NCBI GenBank assembly: GCA_964541395.1
Contig: CAZIPM010000006.1
Coordinates: 7,169 to 71,168, forward strand
Direction: 5' to 3'
DNA length: 64,000 nucleotides
Source of the DNA: an uncultured Gammaproteobacteria bacterium
Lineage (GTDB): Bacteria; Patescibacteriota; Microgenomatia; UBA8517
Under the pieces are notes generated by a model, which saw only the letters and a list, made by a program, of their open reading frames with translations, searched no databases and was not told where the DNA came from. Positions 1 through 13,486 of the stretch are shown here, piece by piece; the first letter of the stretch is position 1, and the number at the start of each line of letters is the position of its first letter. Position numbers and translations under genes: made by a program.

Positions 1-37
1 TTTATCATATTTTAATTATTCTTGTTTTTTATCTAAA

Positions 38-1771
38 TTATTCCTGTGCCACTCTTAGAACCTCATCGATAGTGGTAACACCCTCAATTACTTTCATATA
101 ACCGTCCTGTTTCATTGTAATCATTCCTTCTTCTCTTGCTCTTCTATCAATTTCTGACGCAGCGGATCGCTCTAATATTAATTTACTAATAGAATCGCTA
201 ACTGGCAAGACCTCAAACATGCCGACGCGGCCATAGTAACCGGAATTGCCACATTCCTGGTCTCCTTCTCCCTTCCAGATATTGCTGTTTCTTCCTTCCG
301 GCCACAGAGGACCAAGTACTTGTTTAATATCTTCAATTATTTTTGGATCTGAAGTGTATTCTTTTTTACAGGGTTCATGAATTTTACGAGTTACTCTTTG
401 GGCCATAACAGCTGTCATAGATGATGCCAAAAGATATGGCTCTGCACCCATATCCAATAACCTGGGTAACGCACCGGAAGCATCATTAGTGTGCAAAGTG
501 GCAAAAACCAAGTGTCCGGTTAATGATGCTTGAATAGCCAAATCAGCAGTTTCCTGATCCCTGATTTCTCCGACAAGAATTACATTTGGGTCTTGTCTCA
601 GAAAAGCTCTAAGTCCGGAGGCAAAAGTTAGCCCTACTGCTGGATTTATCTGTACTTGATTTACTCCTGGGATTTTGTACTCAACTGGATCTTCCAAAGT
701 AACAATGTTTATTTTCGGAGTACTTATTCTTGATATTATTGAATATAAAGTAGTTGTTTTTCCTGATCCTGTAGGACCACAGATTAAAATAATACCGTGA
801 GGTCTTAATATTGCATCTTCAAGGTTTTTCAATGCTTTTCCCCTAAGACCTAATTCAGGAAGATCGGGGACACCTCCTGTTTTTTTAAGTAACCTCATGA
901 CTATCTTTTCACCCCAAGTTGTTGGTAGGGAAGAGACACGAAGGTCTGTGTCCTCGTCACCCACTTTAAAATTAAATCTTCCATCCTGAGGAATTCTTTT
1001 TTCGTCTATTTTCATACCACATAGAATTTTTACCCTGGAAATTAAAGCATCATGAAGTTCTTTGGGAATGGTTAATTTTTCCTGTAATATACCGTCAACT
1101 CTATATCTAACCCGGGTTGATCTTTCCTGCGGTTCTATATGAATATCGCTGGATCTTGATTTGACTGCAAATTCCAAAATGTGAGATACAATTTGAGAGA
1201 TTTTTTCTTCTCTAATAAAACTTATTTTCATATTTCCCAATGGATCAGTTTTCTTATCAGGTGCTACCTCCTTTAAGGCGTCGGTAACTTCCTGAGAAAG
1301 CGAAGTTGCGTATCTTTGTGTAACAGTATCTGCTAATTTCCTTGCTTCAACAGCTACCGGTTTGACTCTCATTCCAGTTTTACTCTCTATAAACTGAATG
1401 GCTGACAGATCCATCGGATCTGCCATGGCCAGGGTCAGAATTTTATTTGCTTTATCTACCGTTAAAGGAAAAACATTAAACCGTTCGGCTACTTCCTGAC
1501 TTAAGATAGATAAGGCTTCAGGTGAGGCAGGTACAACTGCTAAATCCTGATAGGGAATATTGTATAATGCAGCTTTAGCTTGCACCAACTGAGCTTCCGT
1601 AACCATATTCTGTTTTCTTAAGACATCCTCCTGAGTGGTTCCATATTGAACTTCACCCATCTTGACTTGTTCGGCTCTGGCAGGTGTTAAAACTTTCATT
1701 CCCACCAAGATATCAGCGAGAGTGCTACCTGAAGAATTATTTGGTGCAGAAACAGCGGTTTGATTAGGCAT
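38..1771 (-). CDS. pilB: Type IV pilus assembly / GspE-PulE family ATPase
   Basis: N-terminal MshEN-like region, SDIHIEP, Walker A GPTGSGKT, TLEDPVE, LRQDP, GEIRD and TGHLV motifs. Confidence 0.9.
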   Translation of the reverse strand: MPNQTAVSAPNNSSGSTLADILVGMKVLTPARAEQVKMGEVQYGTTQEDVLRKQNMVTEAQLVQAKAALYNIPYQDLAVVPASPEALSILSQEVAERFNVFPLTVDKANKILTLAMADPMDLSAIQFIESKTGMRVKPVAVEARKLADTVTQRYATSLSQEVTDALKEVAPDKKTDPLGNMKISFIREEKISQIVSHILEFAVKSRSSDIHIEPQERSTRVRYRVDGILQEKLTIPKELHDALISRVKILCGMKIDEKRIPQDGRFNFKVGDEDTDLRVSSLPTTWGEKIVMRLLKKTGGVPDLPELGLRGKALKNLEDAILRPHGIILICGPTGSGKTTTLYSIISRISTPKINIVTLEDPVEYKIPGVNQVQINPAVGLTFASGLRAFLRQDPNVILVGEIRDQETADLAIQASLTGHLVFATLHTNDASGALPRLLDMGAEPYLLASSMTAVMAQRVTRKIHEPCKKEYTSDPKIIEDIKQVLGPLWPEGRNSNIWKGEGDQECGNSGYYGRVGMFEVLPVSDSISKLILERSAASEIDRRAREEGMITMKQDGYMKVIEGVTTIDEVLRVAQE

Positions 1772-1863
1772 TAATAATCATTATGATGGTTTTATAATTA
1801 ACTATCAAGTAACCCCTTTGACTTGACATGTTTATCATTTAAAGCTAAAAGTTAATTATTGCC

Positions 1864-4375
<2,512 letters not shown>

Positions 4376-4401
4376 GCATAATTCTAAATAGAAAAGGGGG
4401 G

Positions 4402-4650
4402 CTATTTATTTAGCGGATAATCTACATTGGGCACTGTTTTAGGGCTGGGTTTTCCATAATTAACTTTAGGAGAAGGTGAACCCACTGGTTTAAGAGTTAC
4501 TTTAGGAAAGGATTTACTGAAGCTTGCTTTTGTACCTAAGTTTAAAGCACCAGTCATGTTTAGAAAGTAAAGACTGAGCATAAAGACTGCGAATAAACCT
4601 AACAGCATCAAAAAAGAGGTATTTGAATTTTTATTATGACTTAGTGCCAT
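4402..4650 (-). CDS. Small hypothetical membrane-anchored protein
   Basis: One N-terminal TM segment and a Pro/Lys-rich tail. Confidence 0.6.
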   Translation of the reverse strand: MALSHNKNSNTSFLMLLGLFAVFMLSLYFLNMTGALNLGTKASFSKSFPKVTLKPVGSPSPKVNYGKPSPKTVPNVDYPLNK

Positions 4651-4681
4651 TAGTTATTTTTAATCTTAATCCTGATCATTG

Positions 4682-4906
4682 TCAATAACTTTCCACGCTT
4701 CGATTGTATACAGAAAGATCATTTATATCTTCCTGCATTTTCTCCCTCAATTTGTTAGGTATCTGTTGATTATATCTAGCATGAGTTTCGGCTAATTGAC
4801 GTTGACATAATAGAGTAATGCTGGGAGTACCTTCTGGTATATCAAATCCCAAATTTTTTAAAAATTGTGCGTCATCATCAGATGACGGTAATGGATAAAT
4901 TGACAC
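4682..4906 (-). CDS. Small hypothetical protein
   Basis: 74-aa ORF filling an intergenic gap, -10-like TAAAAT just upstream. Confidence 0.5.
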   Translation of the reverse strand: MSIYPLPSSDDDAQFLKNLGFDIPEGTPSITLLCQRQLAETHARYNQQIPNKLREKMQEDINDLSVYNRSVESY

Positions 4907-4969
4907 AATTTATTTTACAATTTTCCCCATTGAAAATCAATTTCTTTAAAACTAAAATCAAATTAAGAT

Positions 4970-5446
4970 ATGGACTTTAAAGTTTTTATAGAAATACCAA
5001 TTGGAGCATCTGTCAAATATGAAGTAGATGAAGAAACAGGTCAGTTAACTGTAGACAGATTTTTATTCACTGCATTCAAGTATCCTTTCAATTATGGTTA
5101 TGTCATTGGAACTAAAGGCGGAGACGGAGACCCTGTTGATGTAGTTGTATTATCTTCCGAACCGGTAGTACCGGGAGTGGTAATGAAATGTCATGCAGTT
5201 GGAGTCTTGGAATCAGAAGATGAGGCAGGAATTGATGCCAAAATAATTGCGGTCCCCGATAAAAAAGTAGATCCTTTTTATGGGGTGTATGAAAACATCA
5301 AAGATGTGCCAGAAGCTTTGCTTGCCAAAATTAAACACTTCTATGAAAATTACAAAACAATTGAGCCGGGTAAATGGATAAAAGTAAAAGAATTTAAAGA
5401 TGTTTCAGAAGCAGTTAAAGAAATTCAAACATCATTGGTAAAATAA
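4970..5446 (+). CDS. ppa: Family I inorganic pyrophosphatase
   Basis: KYE, YPFNYG, DGDPVD, DAKIIAV, HFYENYK. Confidence 0.95.
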   Translation: MDFKVFIEIPIGASVKYEVDEETGQLTVDRFLFTAFKYPFNYGYVIGTKGGDGDPVDVVVLSSEPVVPGVVMKCHAVGVLESEDEAGIDAKIIAVPDKKVDPFYGVYENIKDVPEALLAKIKHFYENYKTIEPGKWIKVKEFKDVSEAVKEIQTSLVK

Positions 5447-5467
5447 CCAATATATTTAGGTATCCAC

Positions 5468-6079
5468 TTAAAAAAGTGAAACTTGTTTTTCTTGTATTTT
5501 TTCAATTTTAGGATATGAAAAATCTACTTCTATCTCACGAATAGTGTTCCAATAATCTTTAAAGCGAAGCTTCATATTTTTTAACCCGTAATCATATATT
5601 TCTTTGGTAAGTCTGACATCTTCTTCACAGTAGAATTTAAGGAGTCTCAAAGACTCTTTGTCTCTTTTTTGCCAATAAAGAATTGCATTTCTGGGATCAT
5701 CTGCTTTATGGTCTCCCAATGTTTCTTTGGCTATGGAGTTTAGTGAAACCCTTTTGCCGTTTACCTCTCTAATATGTTCCAAAATATCAAAGTGGGGAAG
5801 TTTTTGAAGATTAATTGAGGTGTAGGGTTTTAGAACAACTGCGTCAAAGTGTTTTGAATTAAAACCTACAATTCTGTCAGCTCGAGTAAAAAGATCCCAT
5901 AAACCGGAAAGGTCATCTTCCCAAAACGATTGGATTTTGCCTTCAATCTCTTTGAAGTTTTCATCTATTGTCCGGGAATATACCGAAACTACAGAAACTC
6001 CAAGTTTACTCGCATCAAATTCTCCAATTTCATCAAAAAAACGTTGTGTTTCAAGATCAAAAATTACTTCCGTATACAT
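5468..6079 (-). CDS. RNase H-like / DEDD 3'-5' exonuclease domain protein (YprB-like)
   Basis: FDLET, GFNSKHFD, YCEEDV exonuclease motifs. Confidence 0.8.
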   Translation of the reverse strand: MYTEVIFDLETQRFFDEIGEFDASKLGVSVVSVYSRTIDENFKEIEGKIQSFWEDDLSGLWDLFTRADRIVGFNSKHFDAVVLKPYTSINLQKLPHFDILEHIREVNGKRVSLNSIAKETLGDHKADDPRNAILYWQKRDKESLRLLKFYCEEDVRLTKEIYDYGLKNMKLRFKDYWNTIREIEVDFSYPKIEKIQEKQVSLF

Positions 6080-6129
6080 TATTGGTGTTAACCTTTTATT
6101 GAATAGTTATTATACTATACAAGAAATAC

Positions 6130-7248
6130 ATGAACTCAATTTCATATCATAAAAAATACAAAGGTAAAATTGGCACAGAATTAAAATCTCCAATAGACAA
6201 TAGATCAGATTTATCCCTTGCCTATACACCCGGAGTTGCAGAGGTAAGTCTTGAACTTTTTAAAAATCCGAAATCCGCTTCAATGCTGTCTCTAAAAAAC
6301 AATACTATAGCAGTAATATCTGACGGGTCGGCAGTTTTGGGTTTAGGAAATATTGGTGCATTCGGTGCAATTCCTGTTATGGAAGGAAAAGCAGCACTTT
6401 TTAAAAAATTTGCCAATGTCGATGCTTTTCCAATTTGTTTAACAACTCAGGATAATGAAGAGATAATTAAAATAGTTAAGTCAATATCACCAGTGTTCGG
6501 TGGAATAAATTTAGAGGATATTGAAGCACCCCGTTGTTTTGAAATTGAAAAAAGATTGGTTGGTGAGCTTGACATTCCTGTCATGCATGACGATCAACAC
6601 GGAACTGCAGTAGTAGTCTTGGCTGCATTAATAAATGCTTTAAAAGTAGTTAAGAAAGGTAAAAATGTAGAAATAATTATTAATGGATCTGGGGCAGCCG
6701 GAACTGCCGTCACCGATCTTCTTTTACAATATGGGTTTAAAAATATAGTTGTATGTGATTCAAAAGGTGCTATTTTTACCAACAGACCTGACTTAAATAG
6801 AGAAAAGAAGGAATTATCTAAAAAAACCAATAAACAATTTGAAAAAGGGAATATCCATCAATTAATTAGAAATAAATATGTGTTTATCGGGTTAAGTAAA
6901 GGAAATTTAATTAACAAATCAGATGTGATGCTCATGAAAAAAGGATCAATTATCTTCGCCATGGCTAATCCAACTCCGGAAATATTGCCAGAGGAGGCAA
7001 AATTGGGTGGTGCTAGAATTGTTGCAACAGGAAGATCTGATTTTAACAATCAGATAAATAATGTACTAGCTTTCCCTGGAATATTCAGGGGAGCTTTGGA
7101 TAATAAGGTTAGAAAAATTACCGATAAAATGTTAATCCTGGCAGCGGTTAATCTTTCAAAGTTGGTTAAAAAACCAACCGCCGAAAAAATAATTCCCAAT
7201 CCATTTGAAAAAGGAATTGTTGGGGCAGTTGCTTCAGCTATCAAATAA
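6130..7248 (+). CDS. NAD(P)-dependent malic enzyme
   Basis: AYTPGVA, VMEGKA, NLEDI, HDDQHGT, GSGAAG, FAMANP, NQINNVLAFPG. Confidence 0.93.
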   Translation: MNSISYHKKYKGKIGTELKSPIDNRSDLSLAYTPGVAEVSLELFKNPKSASMLSLKNNTIAVISDGSAVLGLGNIGAFGAIPVMEGKAALFKKFANVDAFPICLTTQDNEEIIKIVKSISPVFGGINLEDIEAPRCFEIEKRLVGELDIPVMHDDQHGTAVVVLAALINALKVVKKGKNVEIIINGSGAAGTAVTDLLLQYGFKNIVVCDSKGAIFTNRPDLNREKKELSKKTNKQFEKGNIHQLIRNKYVFIGLSKGNLINKSDVMLMKKGSIIFAMANPTPEILPEEAKLGGARIVATGRSDFNNQINNVLAFPGIFRGALDNKVRKITDKMLILAAVNLSKLVKKPTAEKIIPNPFEKGIVGAVASAIK

Positions 7249-7290
7249 TTTTTGGTTGTTGCAATTGAAACTAGGAATAATTTAAAATAT

Positions 7291-7457
7291 AAGTATCGCT
7301 TGAATCCCTCGCACTATATTTCCATAAAATTTATTTTTTGTAAGTATTGTGTTAGACACGGAATATAATTCATAAATACCGGTCAGGTGATGTTAAATGT
7401 ATAGAAGGGGTTTAAATATTTAGCACAATTACAGGAGTCATTTATGGCTCCTTTTTT
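7291..7457 (+). ncRNA. Candidate structured RNA (6S-like long hairpin with central bubble)
   Basis: Nested pairing ttgaatccct/aggggtttaa, ctatat/gtatag, atttat/ataaat, gtgt/acac; upstream TTGCAA-N18-TAAAAT; downstream terminator. Confidence 0.35.
7433..7457 (+). terminator. Intrinsic terminator
   Basis: aggagtca-ttta-tggctcct hairpin followed by a T run. Confidence 0.75.
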
Positions 7458-7529
7458 GTTGGGGGAAATATAAGTATATATGATTTTTACCTATTGCAGT
7501 AAGGGGGTATTTTTTTCTAAGGTGATTTC

Positions 7530-7841
7530 ATGAGTTTTAGAATTGACGTTCATCGACTTGCTCAAGAGATGACTGAGAATAGATATGCTAAATTAGATTT
7601 AGAAGATGACAAATCTAAGGCTAGAAAACAAGAGCTTGACGATCAGGCAACCACTTTAGGGTTTAAATCAACTAAGGATTAAATTGACGAATTAAATAGT
7701 CGTCAACCCAATTTACAACCGATTTTAGATGACGTCGACAAAAATATCCCTCCATCAAACCACTGGCATTATGTAGCTAAAAGTTTACGGCAAAAAGAAA
7801 AAGTCTTACGAATAAAAATCACGGGTGGAAGACTAGATTAA
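7530..7841 (+). pseudogene. About 103-codon ORF interrupted by one in-frame TAA (7680-7682)
   Basis: MSFRIDVHRL...KSTKD*IDELNSRQ...GGRLD*; SD-like AAGGTG upstream; frame open on both sides of the stop. Confidence 0.5.
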
Positions 7842-7934
7842 CTTCTCATTTTACAGCTACTTGTCAAACGAAATTGGGCAAGGTAGAATGTTCTAGGCTC
7901 ATTAGTAGAGCTATTTTTTACGTTTAAATCAAAT

Positions 7935-10550
7935 ATGGATATAGGAAAAATTCAAATAGCAGAAATCACAGCAGAACTTTCTAAATCATATCTTGACTAT
8001 GCCATGAGCGTTATTGTTTCAAGGGCATTACCTGATGTTAGAGATGGATTAAAGCCTGTTCATAGAAGAATTCTATTCGCAATGACACAATTGGGACTTA
8101 AACATTCAGGATCATTTTCCAAATCAGCTAAGGTAGTCGGAGAAGTTTTAGGTAAATACCATCCTCATGGTGACATGGCTGTCTATGATGCCATGGTTCG
8201 TTTGGCTCAGGATTTTTCAATGAGATATCCACTTGTCAGAGGACAGGGAAACTTCGGTTCCATTGACGGTGACTCAGCTGCAGCCATGAGGTACACCGAG
8301 GTTAAGTTATCTCAAATTTCGGAATGGATGCTTTCGGATATAGAGAAAGACACTGTTGATTTTATAGATAATTTTGACACCACTCTTAAAGAACCTGTCT
8401 TTCTACCTGCGCTTCTACCCAACCTTCTATTAATGGGGTCTGAAGGAATAGCTGTTGGTATGGCAACCAAGATTCCTCCACACAATTTAACTGAAGTAAT
8501 AAATGCAGTTGTTGAAACTATCAAAAAGGGAAAAGTAATCAGTGAAGCCAAATCACATGATGAAAAAACTGATTTTGTCATTAAGAAAATAAACTTGGTG
8601 GCCTCTGGAGTTGAAAAAGGATTAACTGAAGATGACGTTACTCCAGATAATTTGTCGTTTGAAACCGAATCAACAATTGAAGATATCTTAAAAAACCTTC
8701 CGGGACCTGATTTTCCTACAGGTGGAGCAATCTATGATGCCGAATCGTTACGTGAAGTCTATGCGACAGGCAGAGGCAGAATAGTTGTTAGGGGAATTGC
8801 TGAAATAACCGAAGATAAAAAAGGCAGAAGCCAAATAATAATTTCTGAGCTTCCATACCAGGTAAACAAAGCAGAATTGGTTAAAAAAATTGCTGAACTT
8901 GTAAAAGATAAAAAAATGGTAGGTATTGCAGATCTACGTGATGAATCTGATAAGGACGGAATGAGAGTGGCAATAGATCTTAAGCGCGATTCTAAACCAA
9001 AATCAGTACTAAACAATCTTTATAAACACACAAGACTTCAAGCATCTTTCCCCGCTAACTTCGTAGCTTTGGTAGATGGTATTCCCCATACTCTAAACCT
9101 TAAACAAATCATAGTTGAGTATATCAAACATCGACAAAAGGTTGTTACCAGAAGAACAATTTTTGATTTAACCGAGGCTAAAAGAAGAGCTCATATATTG
9201 GAAGGGTTAAAAATCGCCCTTGATAATTTGGATGCGGTAATAAAAACAATAAGGGAAAGTAAAACCCAAGAAGACGCCAAAAATAATCTTATTTCCAGAT
9301 TTAAATTATCTGAAATTCAATCGATTGCAATCTTGGACATGCAACTCAGACGTTTGGCTGCACTTGAGCGTGAAAAAATAGAGAAAGAATATGAAGAAAT
9401 TAAAAAGCTTATCGATGAACTTATTGCCATACTTCGTGATCCGCAAAAAGTTTTAGATATAATAGTCAAAGAATTATCCGAAATTAAGGCAAAATTCGGT
9501 GACGGTAGAAGGACAAAAATCTATAAAAGTAAGGTCGGAGAATTTTCGGAAGAAGACTTGGTGGCAAAAGCAGATTGTTTGATTACAGTTACCAGAACCG
9601 GATATATAAAAAGAGTCCCCAGATCTACATATAAAGCACAAAGAAGAGGCGGTAAAGGTGTGATTGGAATGACTACCAAAGAGGAAGATGAAATAGATCA
9701 TCTTATTTCAGCTACTACCCATGACCAAATGCTATTTTTCACCAACAAAGGTAGGGTTTTTGGTACAAAAGCTTGGGAAATTCCGGAATCGGGGAGGCAA
9801 GCCAAAGGGCAAGCTCTGGTTAATTTCTTGAATCTTGAACAGGGAGAGGAAATTAAATCAATTCTTCCTTTATCAGCAGAGCACGGTGCCAAACATCTTA
9901 TTATGGCTACGTCCGAGGGAGTTATCAAAAAGACTACCCTTAAAGAGTTCGACAACTTACGGGCGAGTGGCTTAATCGCTATTAGACTCAAAGGTACTGA
10001 TTCTCTTGTTTCTGTTCATCCAACATACGGTAATGACCATATAATGCTATTAACTCAAAAGGGAATATCAATCAGATTTCCTGAAGCTAATGTTAGACCA
10101 ATGGGCAGAGCTACAACAGGTGTTGCAGGAGTGAGATTGGATAAAGGAGATATAGTAATCGGTATGGAAGTATTCCCTGAAAAACTAGAGATACCACAAG
10201 ATAAAAGGAAAAAGATCTTCAGGGATATTTTAACTCTTTCCATTCATGGGCTAGGCAAAAGAACCAGGTTTGATTTGTTCCCTGTACAAAAAAGAGCCGG
10301 CAAAGGTGTTAAGGCATGTGTAGTTACATCAAAGACCGGAGATTTGGCCTGTGCCGCTATGGTTACCGAGAAATCCGATCAGATTGTTATAACATCTAAA
10401 AAAGGCCAGGTCATTAAGCTTCCTGTTAAAAACATCCCACAATTGGGTAGAGCCACTCAGGGAGTGATTGTGATGAGATTTGCCGATAAGGGAGATTCAG
10501 TTGCTGCAGCTACTGTTTTGGAAAAGACTAGTGATGAGGAAGAAGAATAA
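7935..10550 (+). CDS. gyrA: DNA gyrase subunit A
   Basis: [15 protein letters not shown], catalytic AAMRYT, GyrA box QRRGGKG, beta-pinwheel repeats, acidic tail. Confidence 0.97.
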   Translation: MDIGKIQIAEITAELSKSYLDYAMSVIVSRALPDVRDGLKPVHRRILFAMTQLGLKHSGSFSKSAKVVGEVLGKYHPHGDMAVYDAMVRLAQDFSMRYPLVRGQGNFGSIDGDSAAAMRYTEVKLSQISEWMLSDIEKDTVDFIDNFDTTLKEPVFLPALLPNLLLMGSEGIAVGMATKIPPHNLTEVINAVVETIKKGKVISEAKSHDEKTDFVIKKINLVASGVEKGLTEDDVTPDNLSFETESTIEDILKNLPGPDFPTGGAIYDAESLREVYATGRGRIVVRGIAEITEDKKGRSQIIISELPYQVNKAELVKKIAELVKDKKMVGIADLRDESDKDGMRVAIDLKRDSKPKSVLNNLYKHTRLQASFPANFVALVDGIPHTLNLKQIIVEYIKHRQKVVTRRTIFDLTEAKRRAHILEGLKIALDNLDAVIKTIRESKTQEDAKNNLISRFKLSEIQSIAILDMQLRRLAALEREKIEKEYEEIKKLIDELIAILRDPQKVLDIIVKELSEIKAKFGDGRRTKIYKSKVGEFSEEDLVAKADCLITVTRTGYIKRVPRSTYKAQRRGGKGVIGMTTKEEDEIDHLISATTHDQMLFFTNKGRVFGTKAWEIPESGRQAKGQALVNFLNLEQGEEIKSILPLSAEHGAKHLIMATSEGVIKKTTLKEFDNLRASGLIAIRLKGTDSLVSVHPTYGNDHIMLLTQKGISIRFPEANVRPMGRATTGVAGVRLDKGDIVIGMEVFPEKLEIPQDKRKKIFRDILTLSIHGLGKRTRFDLFPVQKRAGKGVKACVVTSKTGDLACAAMVTEKSDQIVITSKKGQVIKLPVKNIPQLGRATQGVIVMRFADKGDSVAAATVLEKTSDEEEE

Positions 10551-10591
10551 ATATTATTTTAATTAATGTCTGAATTTTGAGTACTTCTAAT

Positions 10592-10837
10592 TCAAGGCTC
10601 TATTTCAGATTCTTCAGTTAATTCTAGAATCGTTTCTTCCATAGTAGCATCAAGCAATATTCGTGTGACTGTAGCTGATAAAGGATCATCCCTTTTTAAT
10701 GCTTCCAAAAACTGCTTTGGGTATGTATTTGCAAGTTTCAATATGGCTTCAGACGGAGTGGAAAGTCTGGCACGATCAACCATTTCCGAATTATAAACAT
10801 TATTATTGTAAATTGCAATAAAAAGTAATAAACTCAA
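10592..10837 (-). CDS. Small hypothetical protein (likely start at MVDRAR)
   Basis: ORF in gap, TATAAT just before the internal ATG. Confidence 0.5.
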   Translation of the reverse strand: MSLLLFIAIYNNNVYNSEMVDRARLSTPSEAILKLANTYPKQFLEALKRDDPLSATVTRILLDATMEETILELTEESEIEP

Positions 10838-10840
10838 ATA

Positions 10841-11590
10841 ATGGAAAGGGGAAGAATATTAAATTTTACAGGTTCTATTCTGGTATTTTTTCTTCTTCTT
10901 TTTCTATATTCTAAATTTGGCCCCAGTCTTCCAATTTCGGTTTTAACCCAAACCAAAGGTGATCCAATGATGGTAACTGGAACCGGAAAAGTTACGGTTA
11001 TACCGGATATAGCTAAAATAACTGCCGGTGTAGAAAAAAACGGAACCAATATAAAACAAGTTCAAAATGAAGTTAACCAAATATCTAAAACCATCACGGA
11101 TGAACTAAAAAAATTAAAAATTGATGAGAAAAACATTAAAACGATTTCGTATAATATCTACCCGGAATATGATTACAACTCACCGACTAGGGGAGTAACT
11201 GGTTACAGAATTTCAACTTCATATGAAATTAAGATAACTGACTTTGAAAAGGTAAATGATGCATTGGTTGTAGTTACCAATGCTGGAGCTAATACTGTTG
11301 GAGGAATAAATCTTGAAGTAAACGAGGAAACTAAAAAACTAAAACTTCAGGAAGCCAGAGAAATTGCAGCCGAAGAGGCTAAGGAAAAAGCAGGAAGTCT
11401 AGCCAAAGCCTCAGGAATTAGTTTAGGAAAAATAATAAATGTTTCAGAGAGCAGGGGAGTTGACTACCCAAGACCAATCTTTTTAGAAAAAGCTATAGGC
11501 GCAGGCTCTGAACCGGCTGTAGATGCAAATATTCAACCTGGTGAAACAGAATTTGAAGTCACATTAACACTCTCCTATGAAGTAAGATAG
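10841..11590 (+). CDS. SIMPL (DUF541/BP26) domain protein
   Basis: N-terminal TM, VTGTGKVTVIPD, AKEKAGSLAKASG, IQPGE pattern. Confidence 0.88.
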   Translation: MERGRILNFTGSILVFFLLLFLYSKFGPSLPISVLTQTKGDPMMVTGTGKVTVIPDIAKITAGVEKNGTNIKQVQNEVNQISKTITDELKKLKIDEKNIKTISYNIYPEYDYNSPTRGVTGYRISTSYEIKITDFEKVNDALVVVTNAGANTVGGINLEVNEETKKLKLQEAREIAAEEAKEKAGSLAKASGISLGKIINVSESRGVDYPRPIFLEKAIGAGSEPAVDANIQPGETEFEVTLTLSYEVR

Positions 11591-11591
11591 C

Positions 11592-11777
11592 ATGTCTTAC
11601 GAATTTGCAAAGGGAAAAGGAAAAATTTTGATTGTTCCTCAGAATGGGGAAGGAAACACTACTAAACCACCACAGCGTTTGGATAGAAATGAACTTTCCA
11701 CAAGTAAACCTCAACCAACCTCAACTAGAACAGAAGCAGATAAGAAATGGCATATAACAAGAGGCCAAGCCAAATAG
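11592..11777 (+). CDS. Small hypothetical protein
   Basis: ATG 1 nt after the SIMPL stop, likely coupled. Confidence 0.45.
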   Translation: MSYEFAKGKGKILIVPQNGEGNTTKPPQRLDRNELSTSKPQPTSTRTEADKKWHITRGQAK

Positions 11778-11780
11778 ATA

Positions 11781-11860
11781 TTATTTTTGCTATAAAATTC
11801 AGCAAAATTAGTTATTTTGCTATAAAATTCAGCAAAATTAGTTATTTTGCTATGAAATTT
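11781..11860. repeat. 30-bp tandem repeat (about 2.6 copies), each unit with a ttttgct/agcaaaa hairpin
   Basis: tataaaattcagcaaaattagttattttgc exact at 11791-11820 and 11821-11850, with partial flanking copies. Confidence 0.9.
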
Positions 11861-12837
11861 CTAATTTCGTCGTAATTATCAATTCCCGCCCTAGGAATAA
11901 GTATGTAAGCACCGTTTTGGCTTTTACTGGAAACCAAAACGTTTGCATCAGTCAGATGAACTGTATTTATTTGATAATCGTCGGGGTTGCCAAAGAAACT
12001 AAATAATGTTCTTATTTTTCCAAGTTCTAAATTAGTCTTGACCAGACTAATCATACTCTCAATTTTTTCCAAGTTCCACGGACTTTTGGCTAATGCTTTT
12101 AAGACAACAAACTGCCTCCCGCTTCGTCCAAAATCTCCGTCACCATGTCTGCTTCGGACGTATTTAAGGGCTGTTTCTCCGTTTATTTTGGTTTTTCCTG
12201 TATCGAAATGAATTGTTTCATATCTGCATTCAAATTGTTTTTCAAGATTAAATCCAGAATAATTTTGATGAAGCTCTACAATCTTGTCGTCGGATTTTCC
12301 ACAGGTTTCATTTTCCAATCCTCTTACCGGATAGAAATTGTCCGTGTATGGTTTTTCTATTTCGATCTCTATTCCTCCTAATAAATCAATTGCTTTTATA
12401 AAGCCGTTAAAGTCAATTGAAATGTAATCTCCAATTGATAATCCTGTAATGGAGGCTACAGCGTCTTTGATGGATGGGTCTTCATTAATTTTATGACCAG
12501 AAAAGAAAAAATCTCTAGGAATTGAAATTAATGCAGCTTTTTTGTCTGTTTTATTTATATGAAGAACTATAATTGAATCCATTAATCCACCACCTGAATG
12601 ACCTGCTCCTCCATGTCCCATTAGTAAAACATTAAATGAATTTGAATCCTCCGAAACCACATTACTTTCACTTTCAATAAAGTCGGTTTGCGGAGATATA
12701 ACTGGTACAGGGGATGTCTGAACTTGAGCAAATGAAGTATTTTTATCAAAAAATTTAAGATAAACAAATGAACCAAAAAACATTCCTGTTACAAAAATGA
12801 TCATAACAATAAATGGTTGTTTTGGTAGTTTCCTCAT
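11842..12837 (-). CDS. LCP (LytR-CpsA-Psr) family glycopolymer transferase
   Basis: N-terminal TM, DSIIV, ISIPRD, ALKYVRSRH, DFGRSGRQ. Confidence 0.9.
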   Translation of the reverse strand: MRKLPKQPFIVMIIFVTGMFFGSFVYLKFFDKNTSFAQVQTSPVPVISPQTDFIESESNVVSEDSNSFNVLLMGHGGAGHSGGGLMDSIIVLHINKTDKKAALISIPRDFFFSGHKINEDPSIKDAVASITGLSIGDYISIDFNGFIKAIDLLGGIEIEIEKPYTDNFYPVRGLENETCGKSDDKIVELHQNYSGFNLEKQFECRYETIHFDTGKTKINGETALKYVRSRHGDGDFGRSGRQFVVLKALAKSPWNLEKIESMISLVKTNLELGKIRTLFSFFGNPDDYQINTVHLTDANVLVSSKSQNGAYILIPRAGIDNYDEIRNFIAK

Positions 12838-12889
12838 CGATTTATTAGTATAACAAAAATTATAGTTTAAATTATGTTACAATTGGAAG

Positions 12890-13486
12890 ATGAACAAAAA
12901 GTTATTAATCATCATTAGTATATTAATTCTTCTGGTTGTTGGGGGAGTAGTAGCTGCAACTCAAAGTAAAAAAATAGGTGATGAATCAACAACTGCTCCA
13001 ATTAATAACATTCAAAATGACGAATCGGCCGAGCAACCCGGTTCTTTAAAAGACTTAATCAAAAATAATGTTTCACAAAGCTGTTCCTACGATCAGGTTG
13101 GTGAAAATCCGATAAGTGGTACCATTTATACATCAGCTGGTAAAGTAAAGGCTGATTACAGCTCAGTTGTCGAAGATAAAACAATTAATTCACACATGCT
13201 CTTTCAAGATAATATTTCATATATTTGGACCGATGAACAAAAAACAGGTTACAAAACTGAGATAGACCCCAATGAAGTAACCGAAAACGCAAATGGTTCT
13301 TTTGATATGAATGCAGATTTAAATTACAATTGCATGCCGTGGGTAGCAAATCCAAGTGTTTTTACATTGCCTACCGATGTTGAATTTGTAAATCTAAAAG
13401 ACCAACTTTCCACGCAGTGTTCAGTTTGTAATAATCTAACAGGAGATTCCAAAACTCAATGCCTGACGGCTCTAAAGTGTAATTAG
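12890..13486 (+). CDS. Secreted/membrane-anchored hypothetical protein with Cys-rich C-terminus
   Basis: N-terminal hydrophobic segment; C-terminal CxxC...C...C. Confidence 0.75.
   Translation: MNKKLLIIISILILLVVGGVVAATQSKKIGDESTTAPINNIQNDESAEQPGSLKDLIKNNVSQSCSYDQVGENPISGTIYTSAGKVKADYSSVVEDKTINSHMLFQDNISYIWTDEQKTGYKTEIDPNEVTENANGSFDMNADLNYNCMPWVANPSVFTLPTDVEFVNLKDQLSTQCSVCNNLTGDSKTQCLTALKCN

Noticed and set aside
7530-7841. Stop-codon recoding
   Set aside because: TAA, TAG and TGA all end bona fide genes here; isolated internal stops fit pseudogenisation or sequence error.
11781-11860. CRISPR array
   Set aside because: Repeats are contiguous with no spacers, and there are no cas genes.
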